DNA of 63,692 bases, counting the filler, from an uncultured Gemmatimonadota bacterium (lineage in GTDB: Bacteria; Blakebacterota; Blakebacteria; Blakebacterales; Blakebacteraceae): the NCBI GenBank assembly GCA_964576115.1. It is 12 parts of 12 records of this genome, joined end to end, with 100 filler letters (N's around TTAATTAATTAA, not from the genome) between each part and the next. Parts side by side here need not be neighbours in the genome. Positions count along the whole stretch, not along the records: positions 47,268 to 51,550 come from CAZNUA010000109.1; positions 51,651 to 55,840 come from CAZNUA010000110.1; positions 55,941 to 59,916 come from CAZNUA010000111.1; 9 more parts are not named here. One strand, 5' to 3'. The position numbers were made by a program, and so were the translations under genes. The notes beneath the pieces were generated by a model that was not told where the DNA came from, searched no databases, and worked only from the letters and a program-made list of their open reading frames with translations. Of the stretch, positions 47,306-56,700 are shown in pieces. Numbering within the stretch: position 1 is the stretch's first letter; each line of letters starts with the position of its first letter.

Positions 47306-50300
47306 ATGAGAATGACGACCCGTTCCACCGCCATCGTTCGCAGCTCTTCATCGATTCACCGCACCGGCGGTCCCGCCCGGTTCCGGCACAGTTTGCGCCG
47401 ACCCCCGGGATCTCACCGTCGGTCGGGTGCGCTGCCGGCCCTTCTCGCGCTCGCCCTGGTGCTCGTTCCCATCCGGGCCGCAGCCCAGAGTCCTCCCTCG
47501 ATCCATCTCTACCAGCCCACCGGAGTGCAGCAGGGCTATGTCACCATCGAGTACCTGATCTCGGATACCGATTCGAGCGCGGTGGGCCTGCTGGTCGAGG
47601 GGTCGGGCGATTACGGTGTCACCTGGCAGCCGCTGACCTTCACCGGGGATACTTCGGCCATCGCCCCGGCCGATTACGCCGGCAGTATCGTCTGGAACTC
47701 GCTCGCCGACCTGCCCGATGATGAAGCCGAGGATCTGTATTTCCGCATCACCCCCTACGACGCCGGGGGCTGGGGCATCCCCGACACGACCTACGGCGAT
47801 GTCGACAACCGCTACCCGCAGTGGGTCGCAGCTGCGGGAGTCCGGGGCGATTCCAGTTTCACCTTCTGGTTCAACGAACCCGTGGCCGACTCCTCGCTCA
47901 CCAAGACCTGGAACGTCGCACTCTCCACCGCCGCCACCATCGATTCGGTCACCTCCGAGGGGACCTGGAGCGAGGCCGATTCGCTTGCGACCGCCCGGTG
48001 GAACTCAGCCACCGGGGTCATCGACGAAAAAATCTACGTCGCCGGGGGCTACTACGGTTCTGATTCAAACGCTCTCGAAGCCTACGAACCGCTGACCGAC
48101 ACCTGGTCGACCCTGGCTTCGATGACCTATAACCGCCGCGGAGCGGTCGCGGGCGCGATCGACGAGTATCTCTACGTGGCGGGTGGATACCAGCTCGCCA
48201 TGGGGGGACTGGCCTCGGTCGAGATCTATAATGCCATGACCGATACCTGGAGCGCGGGCACGTCCCTTCCAGCTGTCAGGTCTGAAGCGGCCGGCGATGT
48301 GATCGGCGGCCGGCTCTACCTGGTCGGCGGCACCGACGGCGCCACCTACAAGACCGATCTCTACGTCTACGACCCCGGCCTCGATACCTGGAGCACGCTC
48401 CAGGCGGCCACCATCACCCGCGGCGAGGCGGGCGCCGCTGTCATCGACGAAAAACTCTATGTCGCCGGGGGCTGGGACGGGTCGGTCCCCCTCGCGGACG
48501 TCGAAGTCTACGACCCGGCCACCGACATCTGGACCCTCCTGCCCGACATGCCCACCGCACGCCGCCACCCCGAGTGCGCCGCAGTGGGCGGCAAGCTCTA
48601 CATCTTCGGCGGCTACGGTACCACCGGCTACCTCGATGCGGTCGAGGTCTACGATCCGGCCGCCGGAATCTGGTCGATCCCGGCCACGATGCCGATCACG
48701 CGCCGCGGCCCCTTTGTCGAAGAGATCGAAGGTCTGCTCTACGTCGGGGCCGGCTATGACGGCAGCCGCACCTCGCCGACCATGGACATCTTCGATCCGC
48801 AGACCCGCCTGCGCGCTCACATGGCCAGCGGCGAGAGCCTGCCCTCGAGTACGGTCGGGCTCGATGTGTATGAGATGGACGATTATCGAGGGAACACCCT
48901 CAGCTGGGCCGACACGACCTTCACGCCAAGCCCGAACCCGGCTTACCGCCCTACCGTCCACGTTTATCAGCCCGCCAGCATCGTGAGCGGCAGCGTGACG
49001 ATCGAGTACGCGATCTCCGATCCCGACCTGAGTTCGGTCGGCCTGCTGGTCGAAGGTAAGGAAGACATTTACGCCGACTGGACTCCCCTGACCGTCATCG
49101 GCGACACCTCCGCCATCGCCCCGGCCGATTACGACTCGAGCCTGGTCTGGGATTCGGACACCGATGCCGGCGGCGAGGAGCACCTCTACGGCATGTTCCG
49201 GATCACCCCGTATGACGAGATCGGGTGGGGTGAGCCCGACACCACGTATTTCGGTGTCGACAACGCCGTACCGATGTGGATCCAGGCTGAAGGGATCGAG
49301 GGCGATTCGGTCGTCACCTTCTGGTTCAACGAACTGGTAGCCGACACGACGGCGACGAATACGGCCAATATCTCCCTCTCGGGCGGGTACACGATCGACA
49401 GTGTCTCGGTCTACGACAGCTGGTCGACCGACGTGGACAGCCTGGCCACCGGCCGCAACTGGGCGGGCTCGGCCACCATCGGCGAGAAACTCTACGTCGT
49501 CGGCGGCCATGACGGCGGGTACTTCGCCACTCTGCAGGTCTTCGACCGCACAACTGGTGCCTGGACCACCCTGAGCCCGATGCCCACCGCCCGGCGGGCT
49601 CCGGTCGTGGGGGCCATTGACAACAAGCTCTACGTGGTCGGAGGCTATAACGGTTCCTACCTGCCCACGCTCGAGATCTACGACACGGACACCGATACCT
49701 GGTCGACCGGACCGTCGATGCTGACTGCCCGCGGGAGAGCGGCCGGCGGGGTCATCAACGGGCGTCTCTACGTCGTCGGCGGCTATGACGGTTCCTACCT
49801 GGGACTCAACGAGTGTTATGATCCAGCTACCGGCAGCTGGTCGACGAAAACCTCGATCCCGACCCTGATCTCCGAGATGGCTGCGGGGGTGATCAACGGC
49901 AAGCTCTATATCGCCGGCGGCTGGAACGGATCTTTGGTTCAGGACTGTCGTGTCTACAATCCGGAGAGCGACAGCTGGTCGCTGCTCCCGAACCTGCCGG
50001 CAGCGCGGCGCGACGCCCGCGGTGGAGTAATCGGAGGCAGGTTCTACGTAGCCGGCGGTAACAATGTCGGGTTCATCGACACCCTCGAGGTCTACGACCC
50101 GATCGCCGGTACGTGGACGGGACTGACTTCGCCCCCCGTACAACTGGTCGCCCCGACCGTGAGCGTGCTGGACGACACCCTCTACACCATCGGCGGGCAC
50201 GACAACACCAGCTTCCGCGGCCTGGTGATGACGTACACCCCGCAGGACTGCTTCGACGCCCATCTCACCAGCGGCCAGACCCTGCCGGCCGAGGGGACCT

Positions 50301-51550
50301 CGCTGACCATCACCGCCACCGGCATCCCCGACGAGCACGGGAACACCGCCACATCGCTTCAGGACAATTTCCTCACCGATGCCGGCGCCCCCTCGCCCTA
50401 CCAGCCCGACGTCTCGGTCTGCACTCCGTCGGGCACCGAGAGCGGGGACATCATCATGGCTTACCGGATCACCGATACCGACTCGAGTCTGGTTGGTCTG
50501 ATAGCCGAGTACTCGATCGACGGGGGGAGCAGCTGGTCGGCAGCCACGGTATCCGGCGACACATCGGATATCTCCAAGGGCTCATACGACTCCTTCGTGC
50601 TCTGGCACTCGGACTCCGATCTGGCCGATCAGACCTTCTATAACATGCTCTTCAGAATGATCCCGTACGATTCCGGCGGGGAGGGAACACCCGGTCAGGT
50701 ATACCTCAACCTCGACAACACCGATCCCGCCTCGGTCGCGGCTTCGGGGTACAGCGGCTACAACACCCTGCGCTTCTCTTTCAACGAGGCGGTGGCCGAA
50801 TCGAGCGCCACCAATGACGGCAACTTCACCCTGAGCGGCGGCCTGACCCCCGACAGCATCGCCGTCGTGCACGAGATCGACGAAGCCGCGGTCACGGTGC
50901 CGGCCTTCAAGAAGGATGCCGGAGTGGGGGCGGTGAACGGTCTGCTCTATGTCGTGAGCGGAACCCTAACCAATACCTCGGGCTACACCAACACGGTCGA
51001 GGTCTACGACCCTGCCACCAACACCTGGGACACCGCGGCCCCCATCCCCACCGCCCGCCGCAACCCTCTGGTGTTGGGTTTCAACGGCAAACTGTATGTC
51101 GCCGGGGGCGAGGATGGTTCAGGCGGGGTGGCCGTGCTCGAAATCTACGACCCTGCCACCGACTCCTGGAGCACCAGCGGATCAGCCTGCCCCGTCGATC
51201 ACACCACCATCTACTTCAGCGGCGCCGCGACAGGCGACGCCTGGTACGTCAACGAGTGGAACGGCTCCAACGCGTATATCCACAAGTATGATCCGTTCAA
51301 GGATTCCTGGACCACCCTGTCCGTCGGCAAACCCGCCTACCGGGTCTCGACCGCCTATGTCAACGGCAAGATCTACCTGGCCGGGGGGTACTCGGGGACA
51401 GTGAGGTCGGACTGCCTGGTCTTCGATCCGGGTACCGAACTGATCGGCCCGGTGGCAGGGATGAGCCTGCCCCGCTACGATGCCAATGTCGGCGTCATCG
51501 ACGGTCACATGTGGGCCGTCTCGGGCTACAATACCACCACGATCGACGTC
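47306..51550 (+). CDS. N-terminal part of a second giant secreted Kelch/Ig super-repeat protein
   Basis: GAGGAG RBS; signal ending RAAA-QS. Units start at 47495, 48950 and 50405 (1455-nt period), each with six Kelch blades; the third is cut at the contig edge. Confidence 0.9.
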
Positions 51551-51650
51551 NNNNNNNNNNNNNNNNNNNNNNNNNNNNNNNNNNNNNNNNNNNNTTAATT
51601 AATTAANNNNNNNNNNNNNNNNNNNNNNNNNNNNNNNNNNNNNNNNNNNN

Positions 51651-52085
51651 CTGGCCGTCGGCCTGCACGCCGGACCGGCGGTCCTGCTCGGGGCGGGCTG
51701 GCTCACCGGGGCCGAGGGGCTGACCCGGTGGGGTGGGGCCTTGCTGGAGACCGTCCTGCTGGTGGACCTGACGGTGCTGCCGATGAAGATCCTCACGGGG
51801 CGTCCGCGCCCGCGGGCGGGCCCGGCCGACGCTTTCGAACCGATCGGATCCGTCAATGACGCTTTCCCCTCCGGTCACACCGCCTGGGCGGTGGGGATCG
51901 CCCGTATCGTCGAGGGTTCGGAGGCCCCACGCTGGATCAAGGTGCTGGCCTGGGCCGGCGGACTCGGTATCGTCCTGCAGCGGATCGGCGCCGACGAACA
52001 CTGGACGTCGGATGTCGTGGTCGGCGGGCTGTTCGGGCTCTGGGCCGGAGGGCGGGTCGCGGCACGGTACTGGCCGCGGCGGTGA
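51651..52085 (+). CDS. PAP2-family phosphatase, C-terminal part
   Basis: KILTGRPRP, AFPSGHT and QRIGADEHWTSDV are the three PAP2 motifs. Confidence 0.88.
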   Translation: MAVGLHAGPAVLLGAGWLTGAEGLTRWGGALLETVLLVDLTVLPMKILTGRPRPRAGPADAFEPIGSVNDAFPSGHTAWAVGIARIVEGSEAPRWIKVLAWAGGLGIVLQRIGADEHWTSDVVVGGLFGLWAGGRVAARYWPRR

Positions 52086-52227
52086 ATAGGGCGGGACACA
52101 CAGCCGGATGCGGCGGCGAGGAGGCCGGCGTACCGCCGCCTCGCTCGGGAATTGCCACTCCGGTGACCTCCCGGTTATAGTTCCCGCGGTCCCACACTTT
52201 TTAATCTGATCCGAAGGGAGCGCGGCG

Positions 52228-53270
52228 GTGCGATTCAGGACCATCCCCATCTTCGCGGTGTTCTTCATCATGGGCTTCGGCGATGCAGTGGGTACGCTGG
52301 TGGGCTTCGTGCAGGCCGAGTTCAGTATCTCACCCGCCGTGGCGGGCCTGCTGCCCCTGTTCGGTTTTCTGGCCTTCGGGCTCTTTTCGGTCCCCTTCGG
52401 AATTCTGGGGGGCAAGAAGGGCAAGAAATGGGTGCTGCTCTTCGCCCTGATCCTGGTTACTCTGGGCGAGCTGATCCCGGTTATCTCGATCGGCCGCTAC
52501 CTCTATGTTCTCGTGGCGATCTTCCTGATCGGGGTGGGGATGACCGCCCTGCAGGTGGCCGGCAATCCGATCATGCGCGATGTCTCGGCCCCGGGCATGT
52601 TCAGCCGCAACCTGACCTTCGCCCAGTTCATCAAGAGCATCGGCTCCAATACCGCACCCTATGTCGTCCCGCTGGTGGTCGCCCTCGGCTTCGCCTGGAA
52701 CGGTATCTTCAGCATTTATGCCCTGGTGGCCGGGATCACCCTGGTGGTGGTGGCCGTGATGAAGATCGAGGAGAAGCCGGCCGAAGAGGAGGCGGTCCGT
52801 CCGAGCCTGCGTTCCAGCTTCGCCCTGCTGGGCAACCCCTGGGTGCTGGCGATGGTGCTGGGGATCTTCTTTTACGTCGGGGCCGAGGTGGGGCTGAACT
52901 CCTGGATCGCGACCATGCTCCAGGACCGCTTCGGGTTGGACATCGAATCGATGGCCACCCTCGGAATCGGCTTCTTCCTGACTGCTCTGGCGATCGGACG
53001 CCTGCTGGGCTCGATCGTGCTCAATTTCCTTTCCCCGAAGCGCTTCTTCCTGCTCACCGCCCTGCTCGGCGCGATCGGGATAGCGGGGATGTTCGTCCCG
53101 GCCCGGGCGGTGGTGCTCGTCTCGATCTTCCTGGCCGGACTGGCCTTCGGGAACATCTTCCCCCTCATCTTCTCGATCCTGATCGACTCGATGCCCGAGC
53201 GCAGCGACGAACTCTCGGGGTTGATGGTGATGGCCATCGTCGGCGGGGCTCTGGTGCCCTGGATCATGGG
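52228..53270 (+). CDS. MFS sugar transporter (FucP/GluP-like); C-terminus lost in scaffold gap
   Basis: Multiple TM helices; LQVAGNP, GIFFYVGAEVG, IGRLLGS, NIFPLIFS, SGLMVMAIVGGA. Confidence 0.9.
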
Positions 53271-53370
53271 NNNNNNNNNNNNNNNNNNNNNNNNNNNNNN
53301 NNNNNNNNNNNNNNNNNNNNNNNNNNNNNNNNNNNNNNNNNNNNNNNNNNNNNNNNNNNNNNNNNNNNNN

Positions 53371-54063
53371 TTCCGCAACCTGCTCGGGGTGACCCTGGGG
53401 ACCGGTTTCGGCGGCGGGATCGTGACCGACGGACGGCTCCACCTGGGCGACAACTCGGCCGCGGCCGAGATCTGGTGCCTGCGCAACCGGCTCGATCGTG
53501 ACACCACCGCCGAAGAAGGGGTCAGCATCCGGGGGGTACGCCGGGTCTATGCCGAGCGGACCGGAATCGACGTTGAAGACGCCCCCGATCCCGAGGAGAT
53601 CTTCCGGATCAGCAGCGGGGCGGCCGGGGGTGACTCCGCCGCCGCCCGCGAGGCCTTCCGGAGGATGGGACAGGTCCTCGGTGACGCCCTGGCCAATGCC
53701 GTCACCCTGGTGGACGCTCCGATCGTGATCGGCGGGGGACTGGCCGGGGCCCATCCGCTCTTCCTGCCGGCTGTGATCGAGGAGATGAACCGTGCCTATA
53801 TCCCGGCCGGAGGCGGGTCGATCCCGCGCATGGAGATCACGGCCTTCAATCTCGAGGACGAGGTCGTCCGTGAGGCCTTCTGCAGTGCCGCCGCTCTCCA
53901 GCTACCCGTCCCCGGCACCGGCCGCACCGTGGCCTATGATCCCATGAAGCGCACCGGGGTGGGGGTGACTCGCCTGGGCACCAGCCGGGCCACCGCCATC
54001 GGCGCCTGCGCCTATGCCCTGGCCCGGCTCGATGAAGGAGACGGGAAAGTCTCTCAGGGATAA
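53371..54063 (+). CDS. ROK family sugar kinase, C-terminal part (Bacteroides RokA-like)
   Basis: GVTLGTGFGGGIV, GDNSAAAEIW, EEGVSIRG, VIGGGLAGA, YDPMKRTGVG..LGTSRATAIGA. Confidence 0.88.
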   Translation, partial: FRNLLGVTLGTGFGGGIVTDGRLHLGDNSAAAEIWCLRNRLDRDTTAEEGVSIRGVRRVYAERTGIDVEDAPDPEEIFRISSGAAGGDSAAAREAFRRMGQVLGDALANAVTLVDAPIVIGGGLAGAHPLFLPAVIEEMNRAYIPAGGGSIPRMEITAFNLEDEVVREAFCSAAALQLPVPGTGRTVAYDPMKRTGVGVTRLGTSRATAIGACAYALARLDEGDGKVSQG

Positions 54064-54203
54064 CCCGGTAAAATACCGGAAGACAGCGGCATATCGGTGA
54101 ACCTGCCGGCAGAGTATCGCCATCAACTATCAGGCCGGTACTCCTGTTAAACATATGACCGGGGGCTCGATTGACGGGAGCGACCAGAGTGACATCAGAT
54201 CGA

Positions 54204-55448
54204 ATGGGTACATGTCAACCGCACAGCCCGGCCGGGCACGGTGGGAATTCCCTCTCCGGCAAGTGCTGGCACAGAGTCCGTCCGTTTCTCTTTCTCCTGC
54301 TCATCACCGCCTGCGGCCCGGGGCTCGGAGCAGTCGACATGTCCCGTGAGACGCTCGACTCCGGGATCGTGCGTACGACCTGGCACCGGTTGCCACAGAC
54401 GCAGCTCATCCTCGACACCCTGGCCGTCTGGGATATCTGGGATGAGAGAGCGGAGTACGTCTTCGGCGATATCACGGCGATGACCGGCAGTGCCCGGGGT
54501 TTCTACCTGCTCGATGCCGGCAACCGTCAGGTCGTTCTGGTCGATCGTTCAGGTGAGGTGCAACTGACCTTCGGGCGGGAGGGGAGCGGTCCCGGGGAGT
54601 TCCAGTATCCCCTGTCGATCTCTCTGCGGGCCGAGGATATCTGGGTCGGCGACCTGGTGGCGGGGAGGTACTCGGTTTTCGACTTCGAGGGCGACTTTCT
54701 GCGAACTGTCATCTGGCCGTCCCGGGGAGGACGGGCGGTTTCGCAGTCGATCGTCATCACCGCCGATGATCGCGAACTGCGCCGCGCTCCTTCAATCGGA
54801 GGATGGATGGCCCTGATACGCTCTACCCTGGACGGCAGTGCGGTCGATACCATCACGACAATGCGTACCGCGCCGGCCTCCGGCGTGAAGATCAATCTGC
54901 CCGGCCTGGGTGCCACGACCATGTACGATCCGCCGGCCTATTCACCCGAATTACGCTGGGCGCATACTCCGGACGGACGGATTCTGACCGTGACCTCGGG
55001 CAACTATCTGATCGAGGAGCGGGATCCGGATGGTACCGTCCGGGGGGAACTCATGACCCCGACTCCCGATCTGACGGTCACGACCGCCGATCGGGAAGCC
55101 TACCTGGTCCGCCTGGCCCGGATGTTCGATGTTCCGGTCGATGATTTCCGGAAGGATAATCCCCGCTTCGTGACCCAGTACGCCTTCGCCGAACGGCGCG
55201 CGGCTATCGAAGGAATCACCGTCGATCCGCAGGGCCGCCTCTGGGTGCTGGCAAACACTCCGGAGAACACCGGCCAGAGGCTCGACCTCTTCGATGCTGA
55301 CTTCACCTTCCTCGGCAGTCTCCCCGGCCTGCCCCTGCCCGCAGCCTTCCTGCCCGGCGGTGAGACGCTCTTCCGGATCGTCGATCTCGAGGGCGGGGGG
55401 GATACGTTCTTCGTCGGTCGGATCACCGACTCCGGCCGGGGCGGGTGA
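54204..55448 (+). CDS. 6-bladed beta-propeller (NHL-like) lipoprotein
   Basis: Lipobox-like ITAC; FGREGSGPGEFQYP; VDPQGRLWV..LDLFDADFTFLG. Start uncertain (54171 TTG or 54204 ATG). Confidence 0.8.
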   Translation: MGTCQPHSPAGHGGNSLSGKCWHRVRPFLFLLLITACGPGLGAVDMSRETLDSGIVRTTWHRLPQTQLILDTLAVWDIWDERAEYVFGDITAMTGSARGFYLLDAGNRQVVLVDRSGEVQLTFGREGSGPGEFQYPLSISLRAEDIWVGDLVAGRYSVFDFEGDFLRTVIWPSRGGRAVSQSIVITADDRELRRAPSIGGWMALIRSTLDGSAVDTITTMRTAPASGVKINLPGLGATTMYDPPAYSPELRWAHTPDGRILTVTSGNYLIEERDPDGTVRGELMTPTPDLTVTTADREAYLVRLARMFDVPVDDFRKDNPRFVTQYAFAERRAAIEGITVDPQGRLWVLANTPENTGQRLDLFDADFTFLGSLPGLPLPAAFLPGGETLFRIVDLEGGGDTFFVGRITDSGRGG

Positions 55449-55474
55449 TCAGGGAGAACTGCTGACCGCTCCGG

Positions 55475-55840
55475 TCACCATCCAGGGAACGGCCAGACCA
55501 GGTCTGTCGAGGCGTAGGCCGAAGGCCACACGGTTTTGTACTCCCCGCCCTGTATCTGGACCATGATGCTGCCCGCCAGGACGTTCTCGTGTGTGTCGGC
55601 GTCAAATTGAACCCCACCCCACGGCATGATCGTATCCGCCGCCGAGAAATCGGTTGCCAGCAGGGCCTGCTTGATATCTTCCGGTGAGGTCGAGCCGGCC
55701 CTGTTGATGGCCTCGGCGAGGACGATCATGCCGGTGAAAGCGCGGGCCGAATTGCTGTTCATATTCCTGCCGAATCTGGTCACGAAGAGGGCGTTGATGT
55801 CAGTGATGATCGGTTTCCCTGTGGCCAGATCGAGGGCCCA
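55475..55840 (-). CDS. Branched-chain amino acid type ABC substrate-binding protein, C-terminal fragment
   Basis: SARAFTGMIVLAEAINRAGSTSPEDIKQAL..MPWGGVQFD..MVQIQGGEYKTVWP. Confidence 0.85.
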   Translation of the reverse strand, partial: WALDLATGKPIITDINALFVTRFGRNMNSNSARAFTGMIVLAEAINRAGSTSPEDIKQALLATDFSAADTIMPWGGVQFDADTHENVLAGSIMVQIQGGEYKTVWPSAYASTDLVWPFPGW

Positions 55841-55940
55841 NNNNNNNNNNNNNNNNNNNNNNNNNNNNNNNNNNNNNNNNNNNNTTAATTAATTAANNNN
55901 NNNNNNNNNNNNNNNNNNNNNNNNNNNNNNNNNNNNNNNN

Positions 55941-56559
55941 CCCAGGCCTCGGTCGGGTAGGTCACCTGGGTCCGGTAAGCCTCCTCGCGCTCGGCCAGGG
56001 CGCTATACGGTCTCATGAGCTGCCGCTGACCACCCTGGTACCGCCAGGGGAAGCGGTAGCGGATTACGGTCAGGGTATCGATCAGGGTGCCGTCGGCACG
56101 CAGCCAGGTCAGCCGGTCGAGTCCGGCGTCGAAGATCAGCAGAGTGTCTCCCTGAATGGACTGCAGGACCGGCGAGATGTACTCGCCCGGTTTTTCCCCT
56201 TCCTCACCGAAGCTGTCGAGGTATTCACCCTCGCTGTCCCAGATGTAGATCGTGCGGCGTTCCTGGGCGTAATCCACGACGAAATACCGACCGTCGGAAC
56301 CCCGGACGAAAGCCGAGGGCAGGAGAGGCCGGCGGCGTTTCTTCTGATCTTCTGACCGGATGGTGAGCACTTCGGTGTAGGTGAAGAGTTCGTCCTGATA
56401 GCGCGGTCCTCCCCGGGTCACGGCTGTCGGCAGGTTCTCTTCGAGTACGATTTCAAATGAGTGCCCGGTCTGTGTCTGCGCCCGGGCGGGTGCCGGGCCC
56501 GGGACGAGAACGATCGCGATCAGTCCGGTCAAACCGGTCAGACGGAACAGCGGTGTCAT
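55941..56559 (-). CDS. Exported 6-bladed beta-propeller protein, N-terminal part
   Basis: Signal peptide ARA-Q; WDSEGEYLDSFGEEGEKPGEY; GDTLLIFDAG. Truncated. Confidence 0.75.
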
Positions 56560-56655
56560 TGAGATGTCTCCCTGCAGGCAGAGTGCGCCCTGCCGCGTCA
56601 GCGGACCCCTTCGGAGTATAGACAGTCATACACCGCGGTTCTGTTTACAGGCCAA

Positions 56656-56691
56656 CGATTCTGTACTCCGCACCCCGATTCTGTACTCTGC
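56656..56691. repeat. 16-bp direct repeat, 20-bp period
   Basis: CGATTCTGTACTCCGC (56656-71) and CGATTCTGTACTCTGC (56676-91), 15/16 identical, intergenic. Confidence 0.8.
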
Positions 56692-56700
56692 CTGTTTCTG

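Noticed and set aside
47306-51550. Kelch proteins as galactose oxidase, NanM mutarotase or eukaryotic contamination
   Set aside because: Bacterial RBS, signal peptide and operon context, with no introns. No evidence for catalytic Cu-radical or NanM architecture is visible.
52228-54063. Apparent 611-aa MFS-ROK kinase fusion in the ORF track
   Set aside because: The join is across a 100-N placeholder gap. The MFS C-terminus and a large ROK N-terminal part are missing, so the in-frame fusion is probably coincidental.
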